A stretch of DNA of 63,475 nucleotides, filler included, from Sphacelaria rigidula (GCA_964200075.2; 9 parts of 9 records of this genome joined end to end with filler, not necessarily neighbours in it); one strand, 5' to 3'; shown: positions 38,577 through 52,240, counted from the first letter of the whole stretch. Notes: generated by a model not told the origin, from the sequence alone. Numbers and translations are program-made.

Positions 38577-38843
38577 AGTGAGCTCTCACTGGCTCAATGG
38601 GTAAACTGTTATCTTCCTGAACAAAAGGTTGGAAGTTCGAGTCCCGGCTTGATCGATTGTGGAAGGAACGATTTTGACAGGTGAACAGTGCGGCTTGCAA
38701 GGGACAAGGTATCTCGGAGATCACTCATGTGTCATGCCGGGACGGACCACACAGCACATCTCTTGTTCAGGAAGCGAACAGTTTACTCATTGAAGGAGTG
38801 AGCGCTCACTGGTGCAATGGGTAAACTGTTCGCTTCCTGAACA
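38577..38843. mobile_element. tRNA-like (A/B box) element whose head is repeated in inverted orientation
   Basis: A-box tggctcaatgg (38591) and B-box agttcgagtcc (38634). 80-bp palindrome at 38764-38843. Confidence 0.65.
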
Positions 38844-40554
38844 CACCGGCAGTGTCGCCGACAATTCCGACAACTCCGGTAGCCCCGAAAGTGTCCGTTT
38901 CGGCTAGGGTTAGACTCACGGTTAGGAAGTATCGGCGACAGTGTCGAAAGTATCGGCGATATCGTCGGAAGTGTAGGGGGCGTTATCCGGAGTGTCGTTG
39001 ACACCGCTCAGTGTCACCGATACTTTCGAGAGCGTCGCCAACAGGTTTCGAAATTGTCGCAAACACTATCGGAAGTGTCGCCGCCACTGTAAGAGCTGTT
39101 GACCACTTCAGTATATAACCCAAGGCCGCAGAAGATTATGCGCTTCAGGAGACCTGTTTTATCCTGCTATAACATGACTCTCACGAAAAAAATCGACTCG
39201 CAAATATGGTCGCCTCGCCACGTTTGCATTCGATCACCTCGAGCGTAGCTGTATGACGAACACCCTTGCGTCCAGCACGCTTTCCCCCACGGAAGCCAGA
39301 TGCTCGAATTGAAGAACACTCAAGTTGCGGCGGTGTCGGCAATACCAAACTCTCAAGCTCTCACCCACACGTCTTCCACCTCAACCGTAGCTCTAATCCT
39401 ATCCCCAGCCTTGACGATAAAAGCCCTTGCTAGCCTGTGTGTGACTGATACTTTTGAAAGATCGAGCAACACAATCCGTACTGTTGCTAAGGAGAGCTGG
39501 GATATCGACGATAGAAACTGACGTACCGCAGGCACTTTCGAAAGTTAGAGTGACATCCTCGCTCTGTTGGTGACGATGGGGACGTGTCGGTGACACTTTC
39601 CGGTTTGGTTGCAGGCCCATTCTTACCTCGATTTTCAGCGTGGGCCTTCGAGTTTGGTATCGAGAACCAACAGGGTAAAATTAAGGGATAAAAGCTGTGG
39701 GAGGTTCAGTTTGTTTTTTTCACGATTCAAGGGCAGAAAACGGTATCTGTTTTTTTCGAAACTCCCGCAAGTCATGCAAACAAAATTTTAATGGCGTCAA
39801 AACTTAGTTTTGATTGTGCCCTGTTGCATTTCCATACCAAATTTAAAGGCACAACTCTCACAATTGAGGTTAGAATGTGAGAATGAATGATTCAGAGCCT
39901 GGGCCGGTCGAAACTCGGAGCAATAGTTTGCAGTTTATTCTCCAGCCCAGTTTCGGTCTCTTGTACTTCGACATTTTGTGTGAAGAATCGCAAGGGCATT
40001 GTAAGTGAATGGCTGGGACATGGCAATCTATCCATTCCCTCTTTGTTTTTGGGAACGTGTAGTGAAGTGAGGATCAATTATCCCCGAGAGCGTCCTGAAC
40101 TCACGAAAACAAATGCGGGTTCACTCTTGCTTTTTTCGCAAATAATCCTTGCGATTTTACTCACAATTTCGAAGCACAACTCTAAAGACTGAGCTGAGAA
40201 CCTGAACTGAGGGCCGAAAACATTGTTCATTCTTGACTGGAACGCCCCCAAGACATCACAAAAAGAACCTCAAGGAGCTGGAAATTTTCCCACAATGCCC
40301 TAGCGATTCTCCATACCAAATTTGAGAGTACAACTCTCAAACCTGAGACAAGTCATGCTACGACAGGGGGCGTCAGGATGGGCGGGGGCGGGCGTACTCA
40401 TTTGTTGCTTGCCTTAGTCGTTCGACCATTGACCACGCATCCCTTTCGAGACGGAGCAAGCGGGGAGCAGGGGGGGGGGGGGGTGGGTTGACCTCACGAA
40501 GAAAACAGCTGGATGTGTCAGACGACCTAACACACTCGCGGCGCACTTATATTT

Positions 40555-41220
40555 GGGTAAAAGCGGTGTCAAGCGGTATAAACTCCTTTTTTTATCGCGT
40601 TTCGAACCCCTCGCCCTCCTCGGGACGAGTCCGTGGCCTCAGGGGATCAACCCATCTCTCCTCGGTACAACCTGATGCGGCGAGGACCCAGCGTGTTCCG
40701 TCTCGGCTTTATAGGGACGGACCCCCTAAGGGGTGGTTGTCAGGTGACAGTGACGCTGTAAAACACGTCACTCACTGCGTGAGCTAGGCTACCAGGTTGC
40801 CGTTTTGTTTGCACGCTTGCATTTTTTCGCGGTCATCATGATGGTGGTCGGGCTAGATCATAATGTGCAGGGTGGGAGAATCTCAACTCCGCCCATAAGG
40901 AATTATCATACTACGTAGTGTTGGAATGGTGTGGCACCTATGAGGCAGTGTGAAATTTATGCCTGTCTCTGGAATTGACGGTACCAGAAAATGAAGCAAC
41001 TCGCTGGAGGCTGTCGTCCTAATGCAAGGCAATCAGAACGCTTCGAGCCGAACAATCTTAGGATGCAGCTCACCCTTCATGCGACTCGCCGAAGATATCG
41101 CGGCGCATCGCACTTGGTGATTGAGTGCGAGCGTGGTCCGGCGAAAACCCGGTGTGCTCCGTCTCGGCTTCGTAGGGATGCGAGGTGAATGGTCATATGG
41201 CCACGGCATGCAAAATAATG

Positions 41221-41251
<31 letters not shown>
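40555..41251 (+). mobile_element. Longest copy of the poly(C)-tailed SINE-like retroposon, with a possible tRNA-derived head
   Basis: Homology to 13421-13998. Degenerate A-box (ggtgtcaagcgg, about 40566) and B-box (tttcgaaccc, about 40600). C-run 41222-41251. Confidence 0.75.
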
Positions 41252-41252
<1 letters not shown>

Positions 41253-41384
41253 ACCCACCGCACCCCCACCGCCGACCCCCCACCACGCGCCNNNNNNNNN
41301 NGGGTGGGGGGGGGGGGGAGGCTGGCCGTCGTTCAGGCGCAGCCGGAAAAAAACCGCCCCCCCCCCCCCCCCCCCCCTCCCCCT

Positions 41385-42200
41385 CACCTTGAATCGAAGA
41401 GTAGGGTGGACGATATACAACGGAGGTTTGAAAATATAGCAGCAGATGTACATAAGTATCAAAGGCAAGGAGAAGTAAGTTATTGGGAGATTTCGATGCA
41501 AGAGTAGGAACAGCAGATCAACCGGATGATATCATTGGGCAATACGGGGAGGGTAAGAAGAACATGAATGGGATAGAAATGCTCAAGTTCCTCGAGCGAC
41601 GCGGGATGAACACGCAGAACGATAGAGCACAAAAGCCAGACGCGCAATGGACGTGGACTAGAAAATGCAAAAACGAGATATAATGTTCCGTTCCTGACTG
41701 TATAGTGGTAAAGCATGGAAATAGTAAAGAAATCGAAGTACATGTATGCGCGGAGGACGTGGGAACCACAGATCATTGCCTAATATGGAGAGAAAGCCAA
41801 TCGACGGGTCGTACAAATGGAGAATCGATAAACTAGATATGGAAGAAAAACTGCAAGAGTTCCAAGAAGAGATGGCAAAAAAGAGCAGTACATTTTTCCG
41901 AGCTGTTGGAACCCGTAGGTACACTTGATATCGAAATGGAAATGTTCAGGCAAGATCATAGAAGGATGGGAGCAGATGGTCAAGAACACAGCGAGTAAAG
42001 CCATAGGAAGAGACCTGATCGTTTGCAACAGAGCAGTAAAATGGTGGGATGAGGGGGTAAAAGAGGCTATAAGAGTAAGAAGAGACGCCCACGCGAGATG
42101 CATGTCGAGTAAAACTACGGCAGGATGGGAGGAGTATACTGTAAAGTTCGAAAGGAAGTAAAAAATATGGTGAAGCCAAGGGTCTGTCGAGAGAAAACAA
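41385..42200 (+). mobile_element. LINE apurinic-endonuclease (APE) domain fragment, frameshifted
   Basis: LGDFDARVG, NMNGIEMLKFL, WTW, DCIVV, VGTTDHCLIW, followed by VKWWDEGVKEAI. Confidence 0.9.
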
Positions 42201-42211
42201 TCGGACACGGA

Positions 42212-42286
42212 GCCCCCCCCCCTTTGTAGCGATGCGAGGTCAACGGTCTGATGACTATGCCATGCATGATCATGAGTACACCCCCC
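42212..42286 (+). mobile_element. Short copy of the poly(C)-tailed retroposon between two C-runs
   Basis: C-run + tttgtagcgatgcgaggtca...catgatcatgagtaca + C-run at the scaffold end. Confidence 0.75.
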
Positions 42287-43531
42287 NNNNNNNNNNNNNN
42301 NNNNNNNNNNNNNNNNNNNNNNNNNNNNNNTTAATTAATTAANNNNNNNNNNNNNNNNNNNNNNNNNNNNNNNNNNNNNNNNNNNNTGAGCCTCTTTTTT
42401 CGTGCAACCAAATACACCCCCCCCCTATCGTAGGATGACTCAGAAGTGGTATGTTGAAGGGTAGATTCAATAAACACGCTGTCCTGTGGTCATGTGTTGG
42501 ACTTCGTACAGCACAAACTGTTGGGTGTGTTCGGCGACTGAGGAGTGGGTTCTGTAGGAATTTACATCACAGGTTAGGTGGGCAAGCACGATTGAAGAGA
42601 TGAAGAGACGCAGAGGTGAAAACAGAAACGGTTGTTTCTGTTTTCACGCCCGCGATTCACTCCTCGTTAATGTCCCTAGCCTCTGGTTGGAGGTTTGGTT
42701 TTGATTTCAAGGCATTGTCTTATCATAGTGCGGCGACATCAGGACGGCGCCAGTAATATATTCCAAAGGCGAATCAAAAGCATATTATATTTTCTTATTC
42801 TGGTATATCAGTACCCACATTTCTCTTGGATCATGATTGAACAAGACGCTTAACTTCCATAAAAACGGACAGAAGACAGTCGGATACCAAGCATTACAAA
42901 GTATGACACATGGAGACTAGTCGACTAAAAAATGACCAATCAATCCGTAACAACAGTACAACTGACTCTCTGTACGGTATCGCTGTAGTTTACCGCACCG
43001 CAATGCACCTTTGTAGGGTTCTGTATTGCACTGTCTGTACTCCATACTGCACAGCACTGCAGCGCAAGAGCACAACTACAGCGCTAGAGCACTACTATGT
43101 CCTATAGTACGCCGTAGTGAATTAAAGTACTGCAGGTGCAGTGAAGCGTAGTGTATGGTGCATAATGTGCCGCAGGGTACGGGCAGTCAGCGTTGTGCCG
43201 GCCCATACACTTTTGAACTGGGCGGTGGTCGATCGTACATTTGACGGGGCAACCTGCGGCCAATCAATGCGAAAAAATACTCCCGCCAAGCCACGTCACA
43301 TCAGCTTCCGCTATGAAATTTGTAACGTCTATTCTGACGTTTCGAAGCTTCCACTCTGCACTCTGCACTCTGACGCCATGATAAAAACAAACATCTTCCG
43401 AATCTCTATATTATCAACTGATTCAATTTTTCCATCTGGAGCACTAGAGCTCCAAGATTGTCGTAACCGCCAACTTTGAGGGGGATCTGAGCCTTCTCCA
43501 AAAATTCTATGACAATAAATAAAGGGGAAAG

Positions 43532-43949
43532 ACACGGGATTTTACAAATTGGGGATTGATTTTTCATTATGGGTGAGAACCCGGAGAATTGAAATATGGT
43601 TCCAATCCTTCACCTACTGGTAGTTATTGACAACTACTGCACGCCATACAAATTTGAGTCCTGATAACCGACATGTTGGGGTCCTTTAGGCGAAACGTTT
43701 TCTTGGGGGAAATTCAGATGATCCGATCAAATCGCCGAAATTCATCAAAAATATATTTTTGCTTAGCACCTCAACATTTCGGTTATACAAATCCAAATTT
43801 TCAAGGCGTGTAGTAGTTGTTATTAGCCATCAGCAAGCAAGGAAATGGAACTATATTTCGCAGATTTGGTGTGAATACGGAGATTTTAATTATCCGGGTT
43901 TCTCATCCTCAATAAAAAGACATCCCCAATGATGTATAAAATCCCGTGT
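43532..43949. mobile_element. MITE with imperfect TIRs of about 60 bp
   Basis: acacgggatttta...gagaacccgga / tccgggtttctc...taaaatcccgtgt. Flanks ggaaag and tgaaag. Confidence 0.7.
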
Positions 43950-44439
43950 TGAAAGCGTTGCGAGAGCTCCGTACTCTTTCGTGCGTATCATCGGTGAAAA
44001 AAATACGACGCAAAAGCCCCACATCATCCAAATACCACGGTTTCGAATAAAGTGCGATCCCGTAGTAACCGTTTCAAATATGATTTTCCACAGATTCGCC
44101 AGCTGATGGCGACTGCTACGATTTGAAGCATGTGGAGATTAGATGAATATTTGGGTTGGAATTCGTATAATTTCATAACAATTTGAAGGGAACTGACTGT
44201 TCGATGTACCTTGTTGCACTTAGCGCCACCACTATCGACTTAGACACAAATCCGACCACTACGTCACCCTTTTCATCTGTCCATGGCGGTCAGTATGATA
44301 CATCATATATCATGTATGAGACTACTAGGTAGGTATTGCAAAGGGCATTTGCTGGTGACGCAATTTTGGGTGATGGGTGTGAAGCAGCCTGTAACGTGAT
44401 CAGTGTTTTAATGTTCCATCTTGTATGTGGTTTTCTTTG

Positions 44440-44830
44440 CATGTTAGAAAAAGACTATCGTATGCTTGCAGCTACGCGTCGCTACCCTACTCAAGGATAT
44501 CGAAGTCTTTAGTGACAAGCTACTACGAACAGTGTTCTCATGGGATTGAGAGCAGAGGATATGATTGAGATTGAGAAGCGATCAATCAGTAACTGAATCA
44601 TTTCAGTTCCGAAATGCCCCTCCACGAGGCCCGATATGTTTTCTGTAGTAGCTTGCCACTGAGGCCCTTGATATCCCCGAGTAAGATATCGACGTGTAGC
44701 TGTAAGCACACGCCAGTGATACAGTCAAAAAAATGCATACAGGAAATGAAAAATTGGCCAAGTTGAAGCGAATGATGAAACCCACTCTCAATCAGCGCTC
44801 TACTTTCGATATCACGAAAACAATGTTGAC
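44440..44830 (+). repeat. Dispersed repeat shared with 53165-53470
   Basis: tttcagttccgaaatgcccctc...gatatcgacgtgtagctgtaagcacacgc...ctctcaatcagcgctctac is present in both. Confidence 0.8.
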
Positions 44831-45075
44831 GGAGAGCATATCGGGCCTCCAATGAGCCCCGGAGGGGCACGTCGCAACTGAAAATATTTAATGAATTGAT
44901 CGACCGCTTCTCGCTCTCAATCGTTTGCAAGAGTCTCAAACCCACGGAAACATTGTGATAGGTGATCGTGGCATGCAAGAGGGCAAGGAATTGCAGTTTG
45001 AAGTTGAATAAGAGGTCGCATTCCAAGGTTTCGATGAGACTGTTTCGAATTTGTTTTCAAGGAGGATGCGGTATA

Positions 45076-47700
45076 ATGTTGGCGGGCACACCGATCGTGT
45101 TTCCTTGATGTGGTGACGAACGACGTAGTATGTCCGAGTCGCCGTCCTTCGTCCTGATTCTGCTTTGGTTTGATTGGGTATCTTGATTCTGTTGGGGTTT
45201 GAGAAATTCCGAAGATACTCACTCGAGACTAGCGGTAGAACCAGTTGCGGTTCACCGTGAGAACAAAGATCGTGGTATTAACCGAAGAAGTGAAACATTT
45301 ATCGTAGAATAATGAATATCTCATGTAGTGTATAGCTTGTATACAGAAAGTCAGCATAATATTGTCAGAGTATTGAAGCGTTGAGTACAAAGAGTCTAAG
45401 GTATCAACAGTAAGGATAAACGGTTTTATAGTGTCCAAGAGTTTCGTCGACAGAGTGACATAGCCCTACGCCATATTACTCTCCAAAGCGACCCACCTCA
45501 AGTAAGCGTACTAGCGTTTTATCAGTATTCTATAGAGTAGAGATTGATTGTGTATTCGATAGAGTAGAGTGTTTGATTTGAGTTCGGCCAAATGAAGCGC
45601 CAAGTTCAAACTATTTTGTTCTCTTATTGCACAAGCAAGTGTTCAACCAACACTTTGCAGCCTCTGCGAGCTCTCTTGCCAGAGCTGGGTTCACCAGTTG
45701 AACCAGTTGTTCCTGTCACGTTACAGTCGAACGCTGTGTGTTTTGTACACAAGCCACGATAGCCATCTATATTCCGACAGGTTATGAGCCTCGCTACGCA
45801 GGTTGGAGCCTCACCACATTTACAGGTGCGAACCTCAAGACGTGGCGGCAGCAATAGGTTTTGAGTTATTTTGTGTAACCATAGTGTAGTACCGTAGTCT
45901 TTGGCATCAGCAACAAAGACGCCCCATCGAGGACGTCAAACTGCAGCGAGGGAGGAACATGGCCGTCCCGCCTATCAGCGAGGACATCAAGAGAAGGATT
46001 GAGGTGTGGATAGAATGGTTCCGCCGCGAAGACGAAGAAGATATATGAGGTGAAGAAATATTGGGGTGTGAATAGAAGTAACACAGATTGTAACGGATGT
46101 ATTTATCTGGAGAGTCATCCGTTACTTAAGTCATAAGGAGTCTCGGTAAGTTTAACGGAACAAAATTCCTTGACTGGAAACGGTCCGTTCGGGCTGTAGA
46201 TTCACTGACACATTCGGCATTCTAGCTGAGGCAGCGACAGGATGTAGGAATTTCGCAGCTCAGTGCTAGAAGTAAGTCGAGGGTACGCTCTATACCTACC
46301 CGTTCTAGAAGCTTTCCAATGGCAGCAGCAACAGAGACGTCTCTAAAGGAGATGTCGACAGCGGGAGTAGCTGTCTCATCAAGTCAGGATTGCACAGTTA
46401 GAGTGGACAGTACTGACACCCATGTACTAAGTGAGTAACGCACAAGAAGTGCCTGATTTCGGTGGCAATAATGAAGTGCTGTTTCATATATTGTACCTGA
46501 CTACAACCGGACCTGCGAATAGTTATCTGCTAAGGTCGAACCACAGGGCGCTGATACACCTGATGGTAAAAGGGCTTAGGAAGGATCGATTGCGAAGTAC
46601 CATAGCTCGTCTAAGCAAATACGTCGTATTCTAATGAGACCACTAGATGATTGAACTATGTTAGAGGGTGAGGACCCAGACGTATTCCTCACACGAGTCA
46701 TCGAATAAACGATGAGCTCAAATATATGGGAGAAAGCGTAGCTGATTAACGGGTAATACAAATCGTCATAGAAAGATTAACTGATGATTGCATTCAAATA
46801 AAATACGACGCTGAACGACATCCTGTCTGAGCCTGTCACAGATAAAATCAACTATGCGTAATCTATATTCCAATTGCCTGGCGCGTGGTATTTCGAATGA
46901 AAAGTCAAACGGTAGAGATAGTGCTATTGTTGCAGCATCGCCTGTAGAATATGCTGCGGGGAAAACAAGACCCCAAGTGAGGTGTTTCACTTGTGGTAAG
47001 ATAGGTCATTATATGCGTGAATGCAGATCTAGACAGCAGTTCAATAGTGATGATAGACAGACAAAATGATATACGCTACACAGAACAGCTAATAACGATG
47101 ATAACATATAATAGCAATGTGGAGCACCCATATCAGCTAGTAAACACAGTTACCCCGAACACAAGTACATATTTAGAGCCTAAAAATGCACAAGTTCTAC
47201 ATGCAAGTGCATCGTCGGCACCAGTGGTAGATAATTCGACCTCAACGGGGTGAGATTTCCATTTCTTACAGAACCTGTAGATAATCACAGTAGAAAAATA
47301 CCCATGCCAATCTCGTTTTCAGTAATAATTAACTCAGGGGCAGCCACCCATAGCGTGGGCAGTAATTTACTGCCTGATATTGAGCGGCAAATGTCAGATT
47401 ATGTTGAGTTTAGTCCCCCAGTACGTATACGAACAGCAGGATGACACCTGCTGAACGGAAGAGGTAGAGGAGTTATAGACACGATAGTGACAGATACCCA
47501 TGGTTATGAGAGGTATGTGTGTTACCAGCCATTGTAGTCCCCAAGTTGGGAAAACATTTATTTTCGCCTTGCAAAGCATTCAAGAAGGGCATGAGTACTA
47601 TTTGTTTAGCAGATCCACATTTGGATTTGGGAGATTGTCAAGTTCTACTCAATGTTGATAACAACGGGATACTAAGGAGGAAAGTATGAAAATCATCCAT
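45076..47700 (+). mobile_element. Heavily decayed Ty1/Copia 5' half (LTR, PBS, gag, protease)
   Basis: LTR end ccgaca followed by the Copia-type PBS ggttatgagcc (45780). CFTCGKIGHYMREC knuckle at about 46984. Protease IINSGAATH (D to N). Many stops. The LTR start is tentative. Confidence 0.8.
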
Positions 47701-47778
47701 GAGGGTAATTCATCTAGCTCAGGGCGAACAACTACAGTAGTATCAGGAAAATCAATGGGCGTAGGCACAACTTTGATA

Positions 47779-48080
47779 CACACGCGGCCATTTGGCTACC
47801 CCCCAAAATGCCTCCGGAGGGATGCGCGGCCCTCCAGATGCAAAACAAGCCTCCGGAGGCCTTCAACCCCTCTGAAGGAAACCAAACACTACCGACCTGG
47901 AGCCGCGCACCCCTCCGGAGGAATTTGGGGGTATGCACGACCATCTAGAGGCAAAAACAAGCCTCCGGAGGTGTTTCATCCCTCTGGAGGAAGCCAAAAA
48001 ACCTCCTCTCGAGGGCCGAGCACCCCTGAAAAGTTTACCCACCTGGAGGAGTTTTGGGGGTAGTCAAGTGGCCGCGTGTG
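47779..48080. mobile_element. MITE with TA target duplication (Tc1/mariner-like) and internal cctccggagg palindromic repeats
   Basis: TA|cacacgcggccatttggctacccccc...gggggtagtcaagtggccgcgtgtg|TA. Confidence 0.85.
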
Positions 48081-49699
48081 TAGTCAATGAGAGAGCAAAA
48101 GTAGACCAAGATTCACGTAAAAAGTAGAAGAAGAGCAGTAAAAGTAAGTTGTCATCGATCAAGTCTAACACAGTAGTATACAGTAGATGAAAAAAAAGAG
48201 TAGATAGAACTCTACAAGTAAACAAAGTGGTAATCTTCACCAGCAAAGTGATAAGTGGCAATCACAGCAGTCATCTTCACGACGTAAGGTGGCATATTTC
48301 GAAGAGATTTTGGGAATCAAGGCTGTAGTAGATTCATTACTAGGCAAAAATAAGTTCGAAATGAATCATGTCTAGCGAGTAATTAGAGGAGATAAATTAG
48401 TCACCTGTGCACTTGAACAGTAAGGCGGTCAATTCGCCTGCGTACATCAACAACAAGTTACCGTTCGTATTAGAAACAACGCGCATGGAACGCTTTGCAG
48501 CTTGGAAAACACAGATTTTGATGAAAATAAACTTCTCCGGGCTCCCATGTGTGTTGTATCCGCCTGTAAAAGTATTTCCTCGTTCATCGATGCCTGGCTT
48601 GGGGACAGAGAAGCCGTCCTCTCTCAGATTTTAAGGACCGTTTCAATATCGTTGATGCAGACCATAAAAATCAAACTCTCGAGCTTTCACAGATGTTGCG
48701 ACTTCGGTGCAGTTTGTTACCGTGACCACGTCCTCCTGACATCGGAATAGTTATTACCTCTGGGAAGCTAATCGTACTGTACCGAGCTGTTCACGCGACC
48801 AGCGTGTGCTGCATTTTGCCTCTACGCCACGCTAGCAACAGTTAGGTCACCACCATAGGTATTTTTTTTCACTTCGCATGTCAAAAAGGTTTCTATACAA
48901 GTGTTTGATCTCTCATACACCCCCCTCAACTGGCGTGTGGCACGCCCTTCTGCTCAGCCACCTGGCTGGGGGAGGTCGGCGAAAATCAACGATGAATAAC
49001 ACCCCCTAAGTTCAAATTAGATATATCTGTGATTGCTGCAGCACCGCCTTTGCTGGCATGTGTGTGATAGAGAACAGTAGCAGCGGTGACGGGAACATCG
49101 CCCTATTTTTTCAACGACATGTTTTTCAGCGCACAGAGGCACGTCCTGTCCAAAAGAAGAGGCAGAGAGAAATCGATCTTCGCGTTGGTGAAAGGCAAGA
49201 AGAGACAATGAAATCTCTCCGCACGTCAATGTTCTGGCACGTGAAACATTTGGCACATGCTGGTAAGATCGATGATGCCAGTCTCTCGAGAGTTTGGTAC
49301 TCGCCGAGCGGGGACACGCAAAGGACACGGGCGAGGAGCTTTCTTTCTGNNNNNNNNNNNNNNNNNNNNNNNNNNNNNNNNNNNNNNNNNNNNTTAATTA
49401 ATTAANNNNNNNNNNNNNNNNNNNNNNNNNNNNNNNNNNNNNNNNNNNNCATAACATGGGTGTCACACGAATTTTGAAGATCCGGGGCCGAAGATCTGTT
49501 GCCATAACATCCGGCCTTAGTACCTTATTTTTCGATCGAAAAAAATTACTGCGGGAGAGGGAAAATTAAAAAAAAAAACATATCTGATAGATCGTTACTT
49601 CAACATAAATGACGTGGGGATGAATGACGACCTATCAAATCGGAATTCTTATTTTCCGACGCGCATTTTCGTGGGAAAATAATCTGCTAAATTATGTGA

Positions 49700-50171
49700 G
49701 GCTACTTCATATTTGTCAAACCAAACAAAAAAAAAACTTGTCGAAGACTGCTTTTTTTTTGCCCTTCTCCGTCGTTTTACACCCGAAAAGAGGGGCTAGG
49801 CGGATGTTGACACCTTGGTATGACCTGCTCTACTCGTCGAGACCGTTCCGGGGCACCTTTACGTTCTTCCGGCGGCCGCAGTTTCGTTCTACCATACTTG
49901 AATTTTCAATAACAAACGGTCAATTCATCAGAAAACAAGGGGGGGAAACTACCAGGCTTTTCATGGCTTGACCGTCTCTCATCAAGTGCGGTCACCGAAA
50001 AACGTATAGGTGCCTTTGGAACGGTCTCAACGAGTAGAGCAAGTCATTTCAAGGTGTTAACAAACATCCGCCTAGCTGTCTTCTTGGGCGTAAAACAACA
50101 GAGAAGGGCAAAAAAGGAGGTTTTCAACGTATATATACATATATATATATATTTACACGTAAGAAGTGGCC
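49700..50171. mobile_element. Harbinger-like foldback MITE (same family as 1646-2107)
   Basis: ggctactt...aagtggcc termini; shared ttgacaccttgg..tgac..gctctactc core in inverted arms. Confidence 0.75.
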
Positions 50172-51167
50172 TCAGACACGGTCTCAACATAGGGCCTGCG
50201 TTTACAAAATCAGCCATGAGTGAAACCGAAAACTCTACGAGTAGTGATGAGGAGCCCCGAAAGCACCTTGTCCGCACGGTGTTATAGTTATGTAGACTGC
50301 TGCCGAGATAGCCCCCCCCCCCCCCCCCCCCCCCCCACAAAACCCCCGAGCGCGCGCGAGGAACAGCCCCTCAACAATGGGTTCTTTTGTCCCNNNNNNN
50401 NNNGTCCGCACGGTGTTATAGTTATGTAGACTGCTGCCGAGATAGCCCCCCCCCCCCCCGAACCGGCCAAAAACGTGCACGGAGGCGATGATCGTAACTG
50501 CCGTTAAAGCTGGTTTCGTTCTGCACGACGCGACTGATTTGAGCGTTATATAGCTGATTTCGGACTGCTACACTCCTCTCATGTGGGCGAAATTGCTGCA
50601 AACGAGCCCAATAGTGGGATCGAAGCCGGTTCGTTGGATGGTGCCGGTGCACTTTTTGTGGGGGGGCTATTTCGGCATTAGTCTGTACTATGGTATTCTC
50701 CTTGCACTCTGTGACCACGGGTTCGAGAAATCGAGCTAATGTGATGGATATAATAATAATAACTATAGCTTTTGTTGTTGATGGAGTCATCCTACGACAA
50801 AGGGGGGGAGGGGGGGGGGGTCATTTTTCCCACGCAATTTCACCTTGGAATGTCGTTGAAAGCAGCAACGCTTGTTCGAACGGGCTTGTTACCGATAAAT
50901 AACACTCATTCATACTCCCGCAAAGGGTGTGTACGAAAGATCATTGTTGCCTTGATTTCGAGGTGAAAAATAAGACGACTTCAGTCCGAAAATGATCCTT
51001 TCGCACATACCCGTTGGGGAAACGGAAGACGGGGAACCCCAAAAAACATTTTTAGGGAGGTCGGAGGGCATGAGGTCGTGCATATGACAGTCATTGTTCA
51101 TGCCATTAAGGCAGAGGAAGCACTCTTTTAGGCTTGAAACTTTTTCTTGGGGCGATACACAAAATAG

Positions 51168-52195
51168 GGTGTACCCTCATGTTTCTGAACAAAAAAGGGT
51201 AACGCATCTTTCGGTTTGGAGGGCGGCGCTGCACGCGGGCTGAACAGCTCAAAAGTACGTCCCAGCGCCTCAGCCCTACGCACAGCGTGTCTGGGCAGCA
51301 TGCCAAACCATTTTTTGTTTTTTCACACGCGGTATCGGGCTGAACTACGATGCAGAAAATGATAGTCTGTGAGAGTGCCCTTTTTTGTACACAAACCGGG
51401 AGGGTACACCCTACTCTCTGCTGAGATATATACATATACATATTGCAACATGTTTTGTTATCGTGTGCACCCTTTCATGATCAAGTCCATACCCTTCTTT
51501 ATCCTTCTTTGTGAAGTGGTGACCGAACCACCGGCTCAGCAGAAGATACGCCGACGAGTCACAACCATACCCGTTTTTTTTTGTGAAATGACACCCCGCT
51601 AAAAAAGGCCGACACCCAACGACCGCGAAATCATAGCCCCCTACTGTTTTGCCCGCAGACCCGGAAGATCCGACGGTGCATCCAGGGCGCGAACGCTTGT
51701 GTGCCGGAGCTCATAAAGATCCAACGGTAAACAATTGCAGATCCCGCAACGGTCTGATGTTCCACATGATGACGCCACATGGTGGCCATTGCTTTTATTA
51801 TCACACGTGGTACTAGGCTTAACTACGGCGCGGAAGAGGCGAGCCTGTAAGAGTACTGTTTTTTGTATACGACCAGGAGGGGACACCCTTCTCTCTGCCA
51901 AGTATGATATCTTACCCTTTTGTGTTCACGTGCGGATACCTCTCTTTACCGTGTTTTGTCAAGTGGTGACCGTATCGCCGGCTCCGCAGAAGATACGCCG
52001 AACAGTAAGTCACAACCATATAAGTTTTTTCTGTGAATTATACCGCGCAAAATAGACCGAAACCCAACCACCGAAAAAATGTAGCCCCCTGCTGGTTGGC
52101 CCGCAGACCCGGAATATCCGACGATGCAGACAGGACGCGAAGGCTTGTGTGCCAGAACTCACAAACGTCCAACGAGCGTATGTAACGCCCTTCGG

Positions 52196-52240
<45 letters not shown>

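Noticed and set aside
38580-38650. Functional tRNA gene
   Set aside because: A/B boxes are present but there is no paired acceptor stem. Treated as SINE-like.
40606-40670. HDV-like ribozyme suggested by ccctcctcggg
   Set aside because: The L3 loop is too short and I could not build P1/P2/P4.
42245-42280. Hammerhead core suggested by ctgatga (also at 23061)
   Set aside because: No stem II-GAAA arrangement. It is a variant of the element consensus cgtatga.
50270-50460. Direct duplication gtccgcacggtgttatag...Cn
   Set aside because: It flanks a 10-N gap and a homopolymer, so it is probably an assembly overlap.
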